Origin: Eledone cirrhosa
Lineage: Eukaryota
Length of the DNA: 64,000 nt
Assembly (NCBI GenBank): GCA_964016885.1
Contig: OZ024740.1
Span: forward strand, 267,096,001-267,160,000
Reading direction: 5' to 3'
Shown: one piece after another, positions 1 through 11,131 of the stretch
How the letters are laid out: each line of letters starts with the position of its first letter
How positions within the stretch are numbered: position 1 is the first letter of the stretch
The notes under the pieces: model-generated
What the model was told of the DNA's origin: nothing
The model's database searches: none
Seen by the model: only the letters and a program-made list of their open reading frames with translations
Program-made: the position numbers and the translations under genes

Positions 1-142
1 TAGCACTTCTTCCTTTTTATCTAATACTTTAAAAACAAAAGGAAGCATCTTTAGATGTAAATGAAATATTATTGATTTTTTAATTAAAATTAAATATTAA
101 GTGTGATTATACCGAATATTGAACTCCCGACAATTTGACTAA

Positions 143-214
143 GGTTCCAGTGAGTCTCAAACTCATGAGCTTCTGTGCGCTATGAAGGTGTGACAGCTAC
201 TACACTATGGGAGC
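143..214 (-). pseudogene. degenerate tRNA-Val-derived pseudogene, AGC at the anticodon position
   Basis: homologous to the Val body; acceptor, anticodon stem and T-loop disrupted. Confidence 0.75.
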
Positions 215-659
215 AATTACGGTCCAGTTTATCGAATAATTTTCTTTTATAGATATCTTGTGAATTTGAATTTTTTTTATCTTGACTAATATTTATATGT
301 ATAGTCTAGACTTAGAAAAGCTAGTAACCAAAGGGTTGCATCCTAACAAATATTGCCTCGCGATATATCAACGACTATCAATACGTTAGGGAATTTCTTC
401 AATTTTTTTTAACGACAAAGTATGAATTTGAAATTTGATTGTTATTTCTAGCAGTTCCAAAAACAGCGTAGAACCTCTTTGGCTGGCTAATCTTTTTATA
501 TTTGGAAGAGTTTAAATACGGAAACTCTATAGATAATGAACACAACCACGAACATAGGGTCCGAACGTGGACGAACTGAATTCTCACTGTCATCGCCTCC
601 ATCACTCTCCTCCTCCCCATCTTTCTGTATGGTGAAAAAATGGTGTCCCACATGTTGGT

Positions 660-890
660 CTCCCCACAGCCCTGGCGGACAGAATGGAGAAGGCGTTTTC
701 CCGGAGGTTAGTAAGGACGATGCACTGGAAGAGCCATTCTAACTCCGAGGCCCAAACCTGCGTCTAGACAGCTCAGCGCCAATTGTGGTGCGTAGGCAAG
801 TAGCCCTAGGGCCAAGGACACCAGAAGTCTCTACTACCGAGGGCACGACCGCAAACCTGTCGTAGAGGGATCGGTTCTTGCCCTGTCAAA
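660..890 (-). mobile_element. CRE-like RLE non-LTR retrotransposon 3' fragment (further copies ~2324-2553, 5098-5328, 5920-6149)
   Basis: the minus strand of the 5920-6149 copy reads KYRSLYDRFAV..ETSGVLGPRAT..IGAELA, then after a frameshift ELEWLFQCILLTNLRENAFSILSA; matches the KY..ETxGxxG..QRxSxxxxRGNA C-terminus of CRE-clade elements. Confidence 0.7.
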
Positions 891-1156
891 TACGTTTACG
901 TTTCTCCCAATTTAGTGAAACTTGTACAAGTTTAGAAGCTGTTGATTAACAATGTAAATACAACGTTATTAATGGTTACTAATATTTAGCATCTACGTCA
1001 AGTACTTTTGTCAAACCCAGGTCAGCATAATTCCAACATTGGTAAAATATACAGTACTGGATATAGTAATTGACGGGAAGTTAGTCAGAAGAAATATCTG
1101 AGATTCTATCAAACACAACACAATATGAAATAGAAGGAAAAAAAGAAGCATATAAA

Positions 1157-1228
1157 GGTTCCAGCGAGTTTCAAACTCACGACCTTCTGCATGTAAAGCA
1201 GATGTGATAACCACTACACCATGGAACC
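1157..1228 (-). tRNA. tRNA-Val(TAC), T-loop variant
   Basis: GGTTCCATGGTGTAGTGGTTATCACATCTGCTTTACATGCAGAAGGTCGTGAGTTTGAAACTCGCTGGAACC. Confidence 0.75.
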
Positions 1229-1349
1229 AGATGATTGCTTCGATCAAATATTGTCTTATGAAACACATTTTCATTGGTTTTAATTTAGTGAAATTGAAAC
1301 AAATATAAATGTGGTTGATGAGGCAATATTTGTTGGACTGTAAACGTAT

Positions 1350-1421
1350 GGTTCCATGGCGTAGTGGTTATCACATCTGCCTAACACGCAAAAGGTCGTG
1401 AGTTCGAAACTCGCTGGAACA
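1350..1421 (+). tRNA. tRNA-Val(AAC)
   Basis: cloverleaf; loop CT-AAC-AC; intact A and B boxes; mismatches at 1-72 and in the anticodon stem. Confidence 0.75.
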
Positions 1422-1806
1422 TTACTTTCGCTCTTTTATTTTTTTCTCTCAGTTGTGTTTTATTTGTCAGCATCTCACATATTTCCTTTATCTATCTCTT
1501 CCATTATTTCGAATCCCGCCGAGGTTGTCTTTGCCTTTCATCCTTACAGGGTCGATAAAATAAAGTACAGGTAATGCACTGGGCAAAATTGCTGGCCTTG
1601 TGCCTAAAGTAGAAACAGTTATTTCTATATGCAGTGTTGTTTACTTTTCCAATGATGGAAAACTTTAGCCATTCTTCCTTTTTTCAAATACTTTAAAAAC
1701 AAAAGGAAGCATCTTTAGATGTAAATGAAATATTACTGTTTTTTAAATTAAAATTTAATATTAAATGTGATTATACTGAATATTGAAATCCCGACAATTT
1801 GACTAA

Positions 1807-1878
1807 GGTTCCAGTGAGTCTCAAAATCATGACCTTCTGTGTGCTAAGCAGACGTGATAGCCACTACACTATCGGAGC
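1807..1878 (-). pseudogene. tRNA-Val-derived pseudogene with AGC anticodon
   Basis: TCTGC-TT-AGC-AC-ACAGA; damaged B box and acceptor stem. Confidence 0.75.
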
Positions 1879-2820
1879 AATTACGGTGCAGTTTATCGAA
1901 TAATTTTCTTTTATACATATATTGTGAATTTGAATTTTTTTATCTTGACTAATATTTATATGTATAGTCTAGACTTAGAAAAGCTAGTAACCAAAGGGTT
2001 GCATCCTAACAAATATTGCCTCGCGATATATCAACGACTATCTATACGTTAGCGAATTTCTTCAATTTTTTTTTAACGACAAAGTATGATTTTTAAATTT
2101 GATTGTTATTTCTAGCAGTTCCCAAAACAGCGTAGAACCTCTTTGGCTGGCTAATCTTTTTATATTTGGAAGTCTTTAAATACGGAAACTCTATAGATAA
2201 TGAACACAACCAAAAGTATAGCGTCCGAACGTGGAAGAGCTGAACTCTCACTGTCATCGCCTCCATCACTCTCGCTTTACCCATCTTTCTCTATGGAGAA
2301 AAAATGGGGTCCCACGTGTTGGTTTCCCCACGGCCCCGGCGGGCAGAATGGAGAAGGCGTTTTCCCGGAGGTTAGTAAGGAATATGCACTGGATGAGCCA
2401 TTCTAACTCCGAGGCCCAAACCTGCGTCTAGCCAGCTCAGCGCCAATTGTGGTGCGTAGGGAAGTAGCCCTAGGGCCAAGTACACCAGAAGTCTCTACTG
2501 CAGAGGGCACGACCGCAAACCTGTCGTAGAGGGATCGGTACTTGCCTTGTCAAACACGTTTACGTTTCTCCCAATTTAGTGAAAGTTGTACAAATTTAGA
2601 AGCTGTTGATTAACAATGTAAATACAACGTTATGAATAGTTACTAATATTTAGCATATAGGTCAAGTACTTTTGTCAAACCCAGGTCAGCACAATTCCAA
2701 CATTGGTAAAATATACAGTACTGGATATAGTAATAGACGGGAAGTTAGTCAGAAGAAATATTTGAGATTCTATCAAACACAACACAATATGAAATCGAAG
2801 GAAAAAAAGAAGCATATAAA

Positions 2821-2891
2821 GGTTGCAGCGAGTTCGAACTCACGACGTTTTGCGTGTAAAGCAGATGTGATAACCACTACACCATGGAACC
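2821..2891 (-). pseudogene. tRNA-Val(TAC), mutated copy
   Basis: 1-nt T-loop deletion and stem mismatches. Confidence 0.7.
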
Positions 2892-3012
2892 AGATAATTA
2901 CTTCGATCAAATATTGTCTTATCAAACACATTTTCATAGGTTTTAATTTAGTGAAATTGAAACAAATATAAATGTGCTTGATGAGGCAATATTTGCTGAA
3001 CAGTAAACGTAT

Positions 3013-3084
3013 GGTTCCATGGTGTAGTGGTTATCACATCTGCTTCACACGCGGAAGGTCGTGAGTTCGAAACTCGCTGGAACC
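3013..3084 (+). tRNA. tRNA-Val(CAC), best-preserved copy
   Basis: full 7-bp acceptor stem GGTTCCA/TGGAACC, TCTGC-TT-CAC-AC-GCGGA, GTTCGAAAC B box, downstream T-runs. Confidence 0.85.
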
Positions 3085-3469
3085 TTACTTTCGCTCTATT
3101 AGTTTTTTTATCAGTTGTGTTTTATTTGTCAGCATCTCACATATTTCCTTTATCTATCTCTTCCATTATTTCTAATCCCACGAGGATGACTTTGCCTTTC
3201 AACCTTACCGGGTCGATAAAATAAAGTACAGGTAATGCACTGGGTAAAATTGTTGGCCTTGAGCCTAAAGTAGAAACAATTATTTCTATATCCAGTGTTG
3301 TTTACTTTTCCAATGATGGAAAACTTTAGCCATTCTTCCTTTTTTCAAATACTTTAAAAACAAAAGGAAGCATCTTTAGATGTAAATGAAATATTTTTTT
3401 TATTTTTAAATTAAAATTTAATATTAAGTGTGATTATACCGAATATTGAACTCCCGACAATTTGACTAA

Positions 3470-3541
3470 GATTCCAGTGAGTCTCAAACTCACGACCTTC
3501 TGCGTGTAAAGCAGATGTGATAACCACTACACCATGGAACC
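3470..3541 (-). pseudogene. chimeric tRNA-Val(TAC)
   Basis: 5' part and flank are TAC-type; 3' part and flank are AGC-type. Confidence 0.75.
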
Positions 3542-3662
3542 AGATGATAGCTTCTATCAAATATTATATTATCAAACACACTTACATTTGTTTTAATTTA
3601 GTGAAATTGAAACAAATATAAATGTTCTTGATGAGGAAATATTTGGTCGACAATTAACGTAC

Positions 3663-3734
3663 TGTTCCATGGTGTAGTGGTTATCACATCTGCTTAACAC
3701 ATAGAAGGTCGTGAGTTCGAAACTCGCTGGAACC
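3663..3734 (+). tRNA. tRNA-Val(AAC), mutated
   Basis: Val body, G1>T, anticodon-stem mismatch. Confidence 0.65.
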
Positions 3735-4046
3735 TTAGTTTCGCTCTATTATTTTTCTTTTCTCAGTTGTGTTTTATTTGTCAGCATCTCACATATTTCC
3801 TCTATCTATCTCTTCCCTTATTTCTATATCCAGTGTTTTTTACTTTTATAATGACGGAAAACTTTAGCCCTTCTTCCTTTTTTCAAATACTTTAAAATCA
3901 AAAGTATTTGAAAAAAACCCAGCTCAGCACAATTCCAACATTGGTAAAATATAGAGTACTGGATATAGTAATCGACGGGAAGTTAGTTAGAAGAAATATC
4001 TGAGATTCTATCAAACACAACACAATATGAAATAGAAGCAGATAAA

Positions 4047-4118
4047 CGTTCCAGCGAGTTTCGAACTCACGATCTTCTGCGTGTAAAGCAGATATGATAA
4101 CCACTACACCATGGAACC
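4047..4118 (-). tRNA. tRNA-Val(TAC)
   Basis: Val body, intact B box, few substitutions. Confidence 0.72.
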
Positions 4119-4239
4119 AGATGATCGCTTCGATCAAATATTCTATTATTAAACACATTTACATTTGTTTTAATTTAGTGAAATTGAAAGAAATATAAAT
4201 GTGCTTGATGAGGCAATATTTGGTCGACAGTTAATGTAC

Positions 4240-4311
4240 GGTTCCATGGTGTAGTGGTTATCACATCTGCTTAACACGTAGAAGGTCGAGAGTTCAAAAC
4301 TCGCTGGAACC
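4240..4311 (+). tRNA. tRNA-Val(AAC), mutated T-arm
   Basis: Val body, TT-AAC-AC loop. Confidence 0.65.
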
Positions 4312-4581
4312 TTAGTTTCGCTCTTTTATTTTTATTTTCTCAGTTGTGTTTTATTTGTCAGCATCTCACATATTTCCTCTATCTATCTCTTCCCTTATTT
4401 CTATATCCAGTGTTTTTTACTTTTATAATGACGGAACACTTAACCCTTCTTCCTTTTTTCAAATACTTTAAAATCAAAAGGAAGCATCTTTAGATGTAAA
4501 TGAAATATTATTGTTTTTTTAATTAAAATTTAATATTAAGTGTGATTATACCGAATATTGAACTCCCGACAATTTGACTAA

Positions 4582-4653
4582 TGTTCCAGTGAGTCTTAAA
4601 CTCATGACCTTATGTGTGCTAAGCAGACGTGATAGCCACTACACTATGGGAAC
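4582..4653 (-). pseudogene. tRNA-Val-derived pseudogene with AGC anticodon
   Basis: paralog of 1807-1878. Confidence 0.7.
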
Positions 4654-6406
4654 AATTACTGTCCAGTTTATCGAATAATTTTCTTTTATAGATATCTTGT
4701 GAATTTGAATTTTTTTATCTTGACTAATATTTATATGTATAGTCTAGACTTAGAAAAGCTAGTAACCAAAGGGTTGCATCCTCACAGATATTGCCTCGCG
4801 ATATATCAACGACTATCTATACGTTAGCGAATTTCTTCAATTTTTTTTTAACGACAAAGTATGATTTTCAAGTTTGATTGTTATTTCTAGCAGTTCGAAA
4901 AACATGGTAGAATCTCTTTCGCTGGCTAATCTTTTTATATTTGGAAGTGTTTAAATACGGAAACTATACAGTTAATGAACACAACCACAAGTATAGGGTC
5001 CGAATGTGGAAGAGCTGAACTCTCACTGTCATCGCCTCCATCACTCTTGCTTTCCCCATCTTTCTGTATGGTGAAAATTAGGGTCCCACGTGTTGGTCTC
5101 CCCACAGCCCCGGCGGACAGAATGGAGAAGGCGTTTTCCCGGAGGTTAGTAAGGGATATGCACTGGAAGAGCCATTCTAACTCCGAGTCCCAAACCTGCG
5201 TCTAGCCAACTCAGCGCCAATTGTGGTGCGTAGGGAAGTAGCCCTAGGGCCAAGTACACCAGTAGTCTCTACTGCAGAGGGCACGACCGCAAAACTGTCG
5301 TAGAGGGATCGGTTCTTTCCCTGTCAAACATCTACGTCAAGTACTTTTGTCAAACCCAGGTCAGCACAATTCCAACATTGGTAAAATATACAGTACTGGA
5401 TATAGTAATCGAGGGGAAGTTAGTCAGAAGAAATATCTGAGATTCTATCAAACACAACACAATATGAAATAGAAGCAGATAAAGGTTCCAGCGAGTTTCA
5501 AATTCTTTTATAGATATCTTGTGAATTTGAATTTTTTTATCTTGACTAATATTTATATGTATAGTCTAGACTTAGAAAAGCTAGTAACCAAAGGGTTGCA
5601 TCCTAACAAATATTGCCTCGCGATATATCAACGACTATCAATACGTTAGCGAATTTCTTCAATTTTTTTTTAACGATAAAGTTATTTTTAAATTTGATTG
5701 TTATTTCTAGCAGTTCCAAAAACAGCGTAGAACCTCTTTGGCGGGCTAATCTTTTTATATTTGGAACTGTTTAAATACGGAAACTCTATAGATAATGAAC
5801 ACAACCACAAGGATATAGTCCCAACGTGGAAGAGCTGAACTCTCACTGTCATCGCCTCCATCACTCTCCTCCTCCCCATCTTTCTGTATGGTGAACAAAT
5901 GGGGTGCCACGTGTTGGTCTCCCCACAGCTTCGGCGGACAGAATGGAGAAGGCGTTTTCCCGGAGGTTAGTAAGTAATATGCACTGGAAGAGCCATTCTA
6001 ACTCCGAGGCCCAAACCTGCGTCTAGCCAGCTCAGCGCCAATTGTGGTGCGTAGGGAAGTAGCCCTAGGGCCAAGGACACCAGAAGTCTCTGCTGCCGAG
6101 GACACGACCGCAAACCTGTCGTAGAGCGAACGGTACTTGCCTTGTCAAACATGTTTACGTTTCTCCCAATTTAGTGAAAGTTGTACAAATTTAGAAGCTG
6201 TTGATTAACAATGTACATATAACGTTATAAATGGTTACTAATATTTAGCATCTACGTCAAGTACTTTTGTCAAACCCAGGTCAGCACAATTCCAACATTG
6301 GTAAAATATACAGTACTGGATATAGTAATTGACGAGAAGTTAGTCAGAAGAAATATGTGAGATTCTATAAAACACAACACAATATGAAATAGAAGAAGCA
6401 TATAAA

Positions 6407-6478
6407 GGTTCCAGCGAGTTTCGAACTGACGACCTTCTGCGTGTAAAGCAGATGCGATAACCACTACACCATGAAACC
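6407..6478 (-). tRNA. tRNA-Val(TAC)
   Basis: Val body, T-stem mismatch. Confidence 0.68.
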
Positions 6479-6599
6479 AGATGATTGCTTCGATCAAATA
6501 TTGTATTATCAAACACATTTTCATTTGTTTTAATTTAGTGAAATTGAAACAAATATAAATGTGGTTGATGAGGCAATATTTGGTCGACAATTAATGTAC

Positions 6600-6664
6600 G
6601 ATTCCATGGTGTATCACATCTGCTTAACACGCAGAAGGTCGTGAGTTCGAAACTCGCTGGAACC
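6600..6664 (+). pseudogene. tRNA-Val(AAC) pseudogene
   Basis: 7-nt D-loop (A box) deletion. Confidence 0.8.
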
Positions 6665-6845
6665 TTAGTTTCGCTCTATTATTTTTTTTTCTCAGTTTTG
6701 TTTTATTTGTCAGCATCTCAAATATTTCCTTTATCTATCTCTTTATCTAGCATCTTTAGATGTAAATGAAATATTATTTTTCTTAATTAAAATTTTATAT
6801 TAAATGTGATTATACCGAATATTGAACTCCCGACAATTTGACTAA

Positions 6846-6917
6846 GGTTCCAGTGAGTCTCAAACTCATGACCTTCTGTGTGCTAAGCAGACGTGATAGC
6901 CACTAAATTATGGGAGC
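6846..6917 (-). pseudogene. tRNA-Val-derived pseudogene with AGC anticodon
   Basis: paralog of 1807-1878. Confidence 0.7.
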
Positions 6918-7527
6918 AATTACGGTCCATTTTATCGAATAATTTTCTTTTATAGATATTTTATGATTTTGAATTTTTTTATCTTGACTAATATTTATAT
7001 GTATAGTCTAGACTTAGAAAAGCTAGTAACCAAAGGGTTGCATCCTAACAAATATTGCCTCGCGATATATCAACGACTAGCTATACTTTAGCGAATTTCT
7101 TCAATTTTTTTTTAACGACAAAGTATGATTTTAAAATTTGATTGTTATTTCTAGCAGTTCGAAAAACAGCGTAGAACCTCTTTGGCTGGCTAATCTTTTT
7201 ATATTTGGAAGTGTTTAAATACGGAACCTCTACTGACAATGAACACAACCACAAGGATATAGTCCCAAACCTTAGTCTCGCTCTTTTATTTTTTTTCTCA
7301 GTTGTGTTTTATTTGTCAGCATCTCACATATTTCCTCTATCTATCTCTTCCATTATTTCTATATCCAGTGTTGTTTACTTTTCCAATGATGGAAACCTTT
7401 AGCTCTTCTTCTTTTTTCAAATACTTTAAAAACAAAAGTAAGCATCTTTAGAGATAAATGAAATATTATTTTTTTTAAATTAAAATTGTGATTATACCGA
7501 ATATTGAACTCCCGAGAATTTGACTAA

Positions 7528-7599
7528 TGTTCCAGTGATTCTCGAACTCACGACCTTCTGCGCGTTAAGCAGACGTGACAACCACCACATAATGGAACC
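7528..7599 (-). pseudogene. tRNA-Val(AAC), degenerate terminal copy
   Basis: same flanks as the AGC copies but loop TT-AAC-GC and a perfect anticodon stem. Confidence 0.7.
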
Positions 7600-7859
7600 G
7601 ATTGCGGTCCTTTTTATAGAAAAATTTTATTTTATATATACATTGTGATTTTGAAATTTTTTATCTTGACTAATATTTATATGTATCTACCGATACTGCC
7701 AATCCACCGCCCTATATTGTTACATAATAACGATATTACAAAAGGCTAATGTCATACTTGGTGCAGCATATTTGCTCTATAAAATTACCTAAAATAATCT
7801 ACATCCAGCTGATAGTCTCATATAATGTTATGTAATTACATGTATCTGTGAATATATTA

Positions 7860-8110
7860 AATATGGGTGTTGGACTTGCGATCATAATGTCGTGGGATGC
7901 GTGTTGTGTTCTTGAGCAAAATATTTCATTTCACGTTGCTCCAATATACTCAGCTGAAAATTAGAATCCAGCAAGCATTAGCTGGGTGTTTAACCCTGCG
8001 ATGGACTAGCGTCCTGTCCAGGGGGTGGGGGGAGTTTTGTACTCCCTGTCGCTTCACGCCATGAAACCGGGATAAGCACCGGTCAAATGAGCCTTCTGGC
8101 GTAAGGCAGA
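7860..8110 (+). mobile_element. tRNA-derived SINE, degenerate
   Basis: TGTGTTCTTGAGCAAA..TTCACGTTGCTCCA..ACTCAGCTG core shared with 16730-16860 and 40305-40600. Confidence 0.6.
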
Positions 8111-8129
8111 TTTTAGACTTAGACATATA

Positions 8130-9300
8130 TATATTTCGTTTCTGAATTTGTTTAACAAGATTCTTTATCCGAAAATGTGTGTTGAAACCGATATTGTTAT
8201 ACTTTGGGAGGGTCATATTGCCAATAAGAAACACACGCACCAACTGGTGCGTGTGTTTCTTATTGGCAAGATGAAAATGTGTGTTTCTTATTGGCAACAA
8301 AAAAATGTATATATTTCCGGTTGGTTGGTTCCACAACCGGACGGTTGTTGATATATTGTCAAATTTCTTTCGTCACACATTCTGTGACCTCTTCAGTGAC
8401 TGGGGATTCTTCTCTTTGTTTTGTGCCTCTCCCTTGTTCTGTCCTACGCCATTTGTTTTTGTGTGTGTTGTGTGCTTAGTTTGCGCATGTGTTACATCCG
8501 GGTGTCTGTGTGTGTTTATATTTGTTTATTTATTTGTTTATTTACATTTTACTGGTTGGTTGTTTGTTCTATGTGTGTGTGTTTTCATTTTGTCCTTAAT
8601 TGTAAGTTGTGATGTTGCTATTCCATTCATGTTTTCTATTTAATTTTGGTTGGAGTTTATTTATGTTTATTGCCTCTGTGATTTGTCTAAACATTGCGTC
8701 TTTTCTGTGTGTAGATTCTATTTTTATTTCTATGTTCTCTAATTTGCCCGTATGTTCTATTTTAGCATGTTGGTGGAGTATTGATGATTCTTTTCTATCT
8801 TGAAGCTCTCGCCAGTGTTCATTTAACCGTTCTCCTATACTACGAGCTGTCTCACCTATGTACACTATATTCTTATCGTTACATTGTCCTTCAGTACATT
8901 TTATGCTATATACTATGTTTCTAGTTTTACAGTTAATATGGGGGCTTAGTTTACAGATTATACATTTCTTATCTATACAGGGAGGTCTTAGAAAAGGGTA
9001 TGTATTGCTAATAAGTGTTTTTATGGAGGTACCTGGTCTTTCTACTATCTTAATATTAAGTTTAAGTTTATCTAGGGCCCTTCTAAATGTGTAAGCTAAT
9101 TCACCTCTAGGGGTTGTATTGATGAACATTACACTCTGGTATTTTTTGCTATCATACCATGAGTTTATTCTATTAACCTTATTCATAGTTCTTTCTATTA
9201 TATTCCAAAATTTGCTCCTATACAAGGGGCAGGTCCCATTTGTATCATTATTTACCATTTTTTCCCATTTGGTTGAGGCTCCTCTATACACTCTGAGTCT
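8130..9300 (-). mobile_element. Penelope-like element, 5'-truncated: Cys-rich linker + GIY-YIG endonuclease + 3' pLTR
   Basis: ORF 8596-9291: CIDKKCIIC..CKTRNIVYSIKC..YIGETARSIGERLNEH..RQITEAININKLQPKLN; HHR motif at 8358-8400. Confidence 0.9.
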
Positions 9301-9320
9301 ATTGAGTTATACTTCTTATT

Positions 9321-9475
<155 letters not shown>

Positions 9476-9651
9476 GTGTGTGCGTGTGCGCGCGTTTATA
9501 TAATAATGTACATAATTACATCATTATATATGTTATTATATTGCTGGTTTAGATTTTAATGCACATAATGTCTATAATCTTCACCATCATCTTCATCATC
9601 GCCAACACTACTAGAAAGGTTCCATAAATGTTGTTTCTCTTCTTATTATAG

Positions 9652-9755
9652 GTATGGGTAGATGCCGTCACACAAATATTTTTCTCATACGGTCTAGGTG
9701 TTGGTTCATTGATTGCCCTGGGCAGCTACAATACTTATCACAATAATGTATACAA
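9652..9755 (+). CDS. SLC6A1: GAT-1-like SLC6 GABA transporter, internal exon (TM6)
   Basis: AG|...|GT boundaries, 104 bp; [35 protein letters not shown] matches the GAT-1 TM6 motif. Confidence 0.95.
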
Positions 9756-9807
9756 GTAAGTATTTGACCTTTTAATTTCCTCTATCCACAATATATATAT
9801 ATATATA

Positions 9808-11062
9808 ACAACTAGAAATTGATTAACATATAAATAAACATATGAAGCAATCACAGGGGATAATTTTTACAAGTGTGTAAGCACACATGGCTAGGTAGGT
9901 AACTAAATAAAATTAACTAGAACTTCAAAAATAGATACCTTATAATATGATTAATCTTCCCTGTATATATTCCATTAAAGAAATATATTTCACCAATTAA
10001 TCGAATGGTAAACCACGGAGGCCGATACTTGGATTTTCAACTAGGAAGAAGTCCAGCGATCTGTGTTTACGCTGTTGAATTTAATGCGTAAACACAGATG
10101 GCTGGACTTCTTCCTTGTTGAAAATCCAAATATCGACCTCCGTGGTTTACTATTCGATTAATTGGTGAAATATATTTCTTTAATGGAATATATACAGGAA
10201 AGATTAATCATATTATAAGGTATCTATTTTTGAAGTTCTAGTTAACTTTATTTAGTTACCTACCTAGCTATGTGTGCTTACACACTTGTAAAAATTACCC
10301 CCCGTGATTGTTTCATATGTTTATTTATATATTTCGTTTCTGAATTTGTTTAGCAAGATTCTTTATCTGAAATCGTGTGTTGAAACCGATATTGTTATAC
10401 TTTGGGAGGGTCATGTTGCCAATAAGAAACACACGCACCAGTTGCTTTCACTTCAATTTATTATATATTTATAAATTTATAAATTTACAAATCTACAAAC
10501 TTATAAATTTCTGGTTGGTTGTTTGGTTCCACAACCAGATAGTTGTTTATATATAGTCATAGTCCTTTCGTCACACACTCTGTGACCTCTTCAGTGACTG
10601 GTGATTCCTTTCTTTGTTTCTGTGCCTTTCCTTTCTTCTATCCTACGCCATTTTGTTTCTGTGTGTGTGTTGTGTGCTCAGTTTGCGCATGCGCCACATC
10701 CGGGTGTCTGTGTGTGTTTGTGACGAAAGGACTATGACTATATATAAACAACTATCTGGTTGTGGAACCAACCAACCAACCAGAAATTTATAAGTTTGTA
10801 GATTTGTAAATTTATAAATTTATAAATATATAATAAATTGAAGTGAAAGCAACTGGTGCGTGTGTTTCTTATTGGCAACATGACCCTCCCAAAGTATAAC
10901 AATATTTATTTATATATTAATCAATTTCTAGTTGTTATAAAATGCTCGGACCTATTCATTAGAATCTTGGAGCTTATTTTACGGGTGATAAGGCGCATGC
11001 CTTTCTGGCATGACACCCATAATTTTGATTTAGATTAAATTCATTTTGATTTATCTTAATTT

Positions 11063-11064
<2 letters not shown>
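9808..11064. mobile_element. (TA)n-flanked palindromic PLE-end element with a nested second PLE pLTR palindrome (~10333-10905)
   Basis: IR 9826-10072/10086-10332; inner IR 10389-10574/10719-10905 homologous to 8130-8520; outer family recurs at 41345-41600 and 60011-60656. Confidence 0.8.
10555..10599 (-). ncRNA. minimal type I hammerhead ribozyme
   Basis: AGTCA-CTGAAGA-G-GTCACA gagtg TGTGAC-GAAA-G ga C-TA/TGACT. Confidence 0.7.

Positions 11065-11131
<67 letters not shown>

Larger units (their letters stand above)
1..7690. repeat. Tandem array of a tRNA-Val cluster, unit ~1664 bp, with internal deletions in later units
   Basis: offsets 143->1807, 1157->2821 and 1350->3013 are all ~1664 bp; spacers are highly similar between units. 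Confidence 0.95.

Noticed and set aside
399-6590. Repeated short ORFs (FHGVVVITSALHAEGREFETRW, MNTTT...)
   Set aside because: Incidental translations of tRNA genes and array spacers
1-7690. CRISPR-like repeat-spacer array
   Set aside because: Spacers are homologous, the repeats are tRNA genes, and the context is eukaryotic
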